In this document: one piece after another, positions 23,782 to 24,000 of the stretch
Layout of the letters: the number at the start of each line of letters is the position of its first letter
Position numbering within the stretch: position 1 is the first letter of the stretch
Assembly (NCBI RefSeq): GCF_000720725.1
Contig: NZ_JOCQ01000023.1
Span: 41,688-65,687 of the forward strand
Direction of reading: 5' to 3'
Length of the DNA stretch: 24,000 bases
Origin: Streptomyces rimosus subsp. rimosus
GTDB taxonomy: Bacteria; Actinomycetota; Actinomycetes; Streptomycetales; Streptomycetaceae
Position numbers and translations under genes: made by a program
Notes under the pieces: model-generated
What the model was told of the DNA's origin: nothing
The model's input: the letters and a program-made list of their open reading frames with translations, nothing else
Database searches by the model: none

Positions 23782-24000
23782 TCACTCGGGGCGGTGCTGC
23801 CAGCGACGGTCGGTGCGGGTCAGTTCCCGGAAGCCCACCGACGTCAGCTGGTCGATCGCCGTCCGGTCTGTGGCCGGCTCGTAGGCGACGACGCGGTCCA
23901 CGCCGCACAGGCGGAGCCAGTCGGCGGCCTGAGTGAGCAGCCAGCGCTCCAGGCCCGTACCGCAGTGGGCCGGGCCGGTGTGGAGGTTGCCGATGTCGGC
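23782..24000 (-). CDS. GNAT-family N-acetyltransferase, C-terminal 72 codons (5' end outside window)
   Basis: It is absent from the ORF track because no start lies in the window. The reverse-strand frame is open from 24000 down to TGA at 23782-23784. It translates as ADIGNLHTGPAHCGTGLERWLLTQAADWLRLCGVDRVVAYEPATDRTAIDQLTSVGFRELTRTDRRWQHRPE, which is a GNAT motif-A-like and C-terminal beta-strand pattern. Confidence 0.6.
   Translation of the reverse strand, partial: ADIGNLHTGPAHCGTGLERWLLTQAADWLRLCGVDRVVAYEPATDRTAIDQLTSVGFRELTRTDRRWQHRPE

Overview
High-GC, Streptomyces-like actinomycete DNA. It is densely coding except for a roughly 1.5 kb repeat-rich, apparently decayed stretch at 21.2-22.7 kb. 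I see no transposase, integrase, CRISPR array or rRNA. There are three modules. (1) At 0.75-5.2 kb on the minus strand lies a cyclodipeptide synthase (CDPS). Its 3' end overlaps an NCS1-family permease gene, a single-domain rhodanese follows 18 nt later, and then come a secreted thioredoxin-like protein (WCYWC) and a secreted S8 protease. This block is divergent from two overlapping LysR regulators, the first of which carries a TTA codon. These are followed by a lone tRNA-Cys(GCA) and a DHA2-type MFS transporter that also carries a TTA codon. (2) At 9.3-21.2 kb on the minus strand the order is: type III PKS, stand-alone PLAT/LH2 domain protein, Arg/Asp/Trp tandem-repeat protein, ABC1/UbiB atypical kinase, a 2205-aa single-module fully reducing type I PKS (KS-AT-DH-ER-KR-ACP, no TE), and a geranylgeranyl-reductase-like flavoprotein. 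I read this as a candidate phenolic-lipid or polyketide-quinone locus with unusual lipid-associated accessory genes. (3) At 21.2-24 kb there is a gene-poor region with four different short tandem repeats and a probable gene remnant, then a DUF3291 protein and the 3' end of a GNAT acetyltransferase. The two most interesting candidates are the CDPS-NCS1-rhodanese operon, which has no canonical tailoring enzymes and a tRNA-Cys nearby, and the type I/type III PKS locus with PLAT, UbiB and the charged repeat protein. All functional calls rest on motifs I recognised by eye, and no database search was run.
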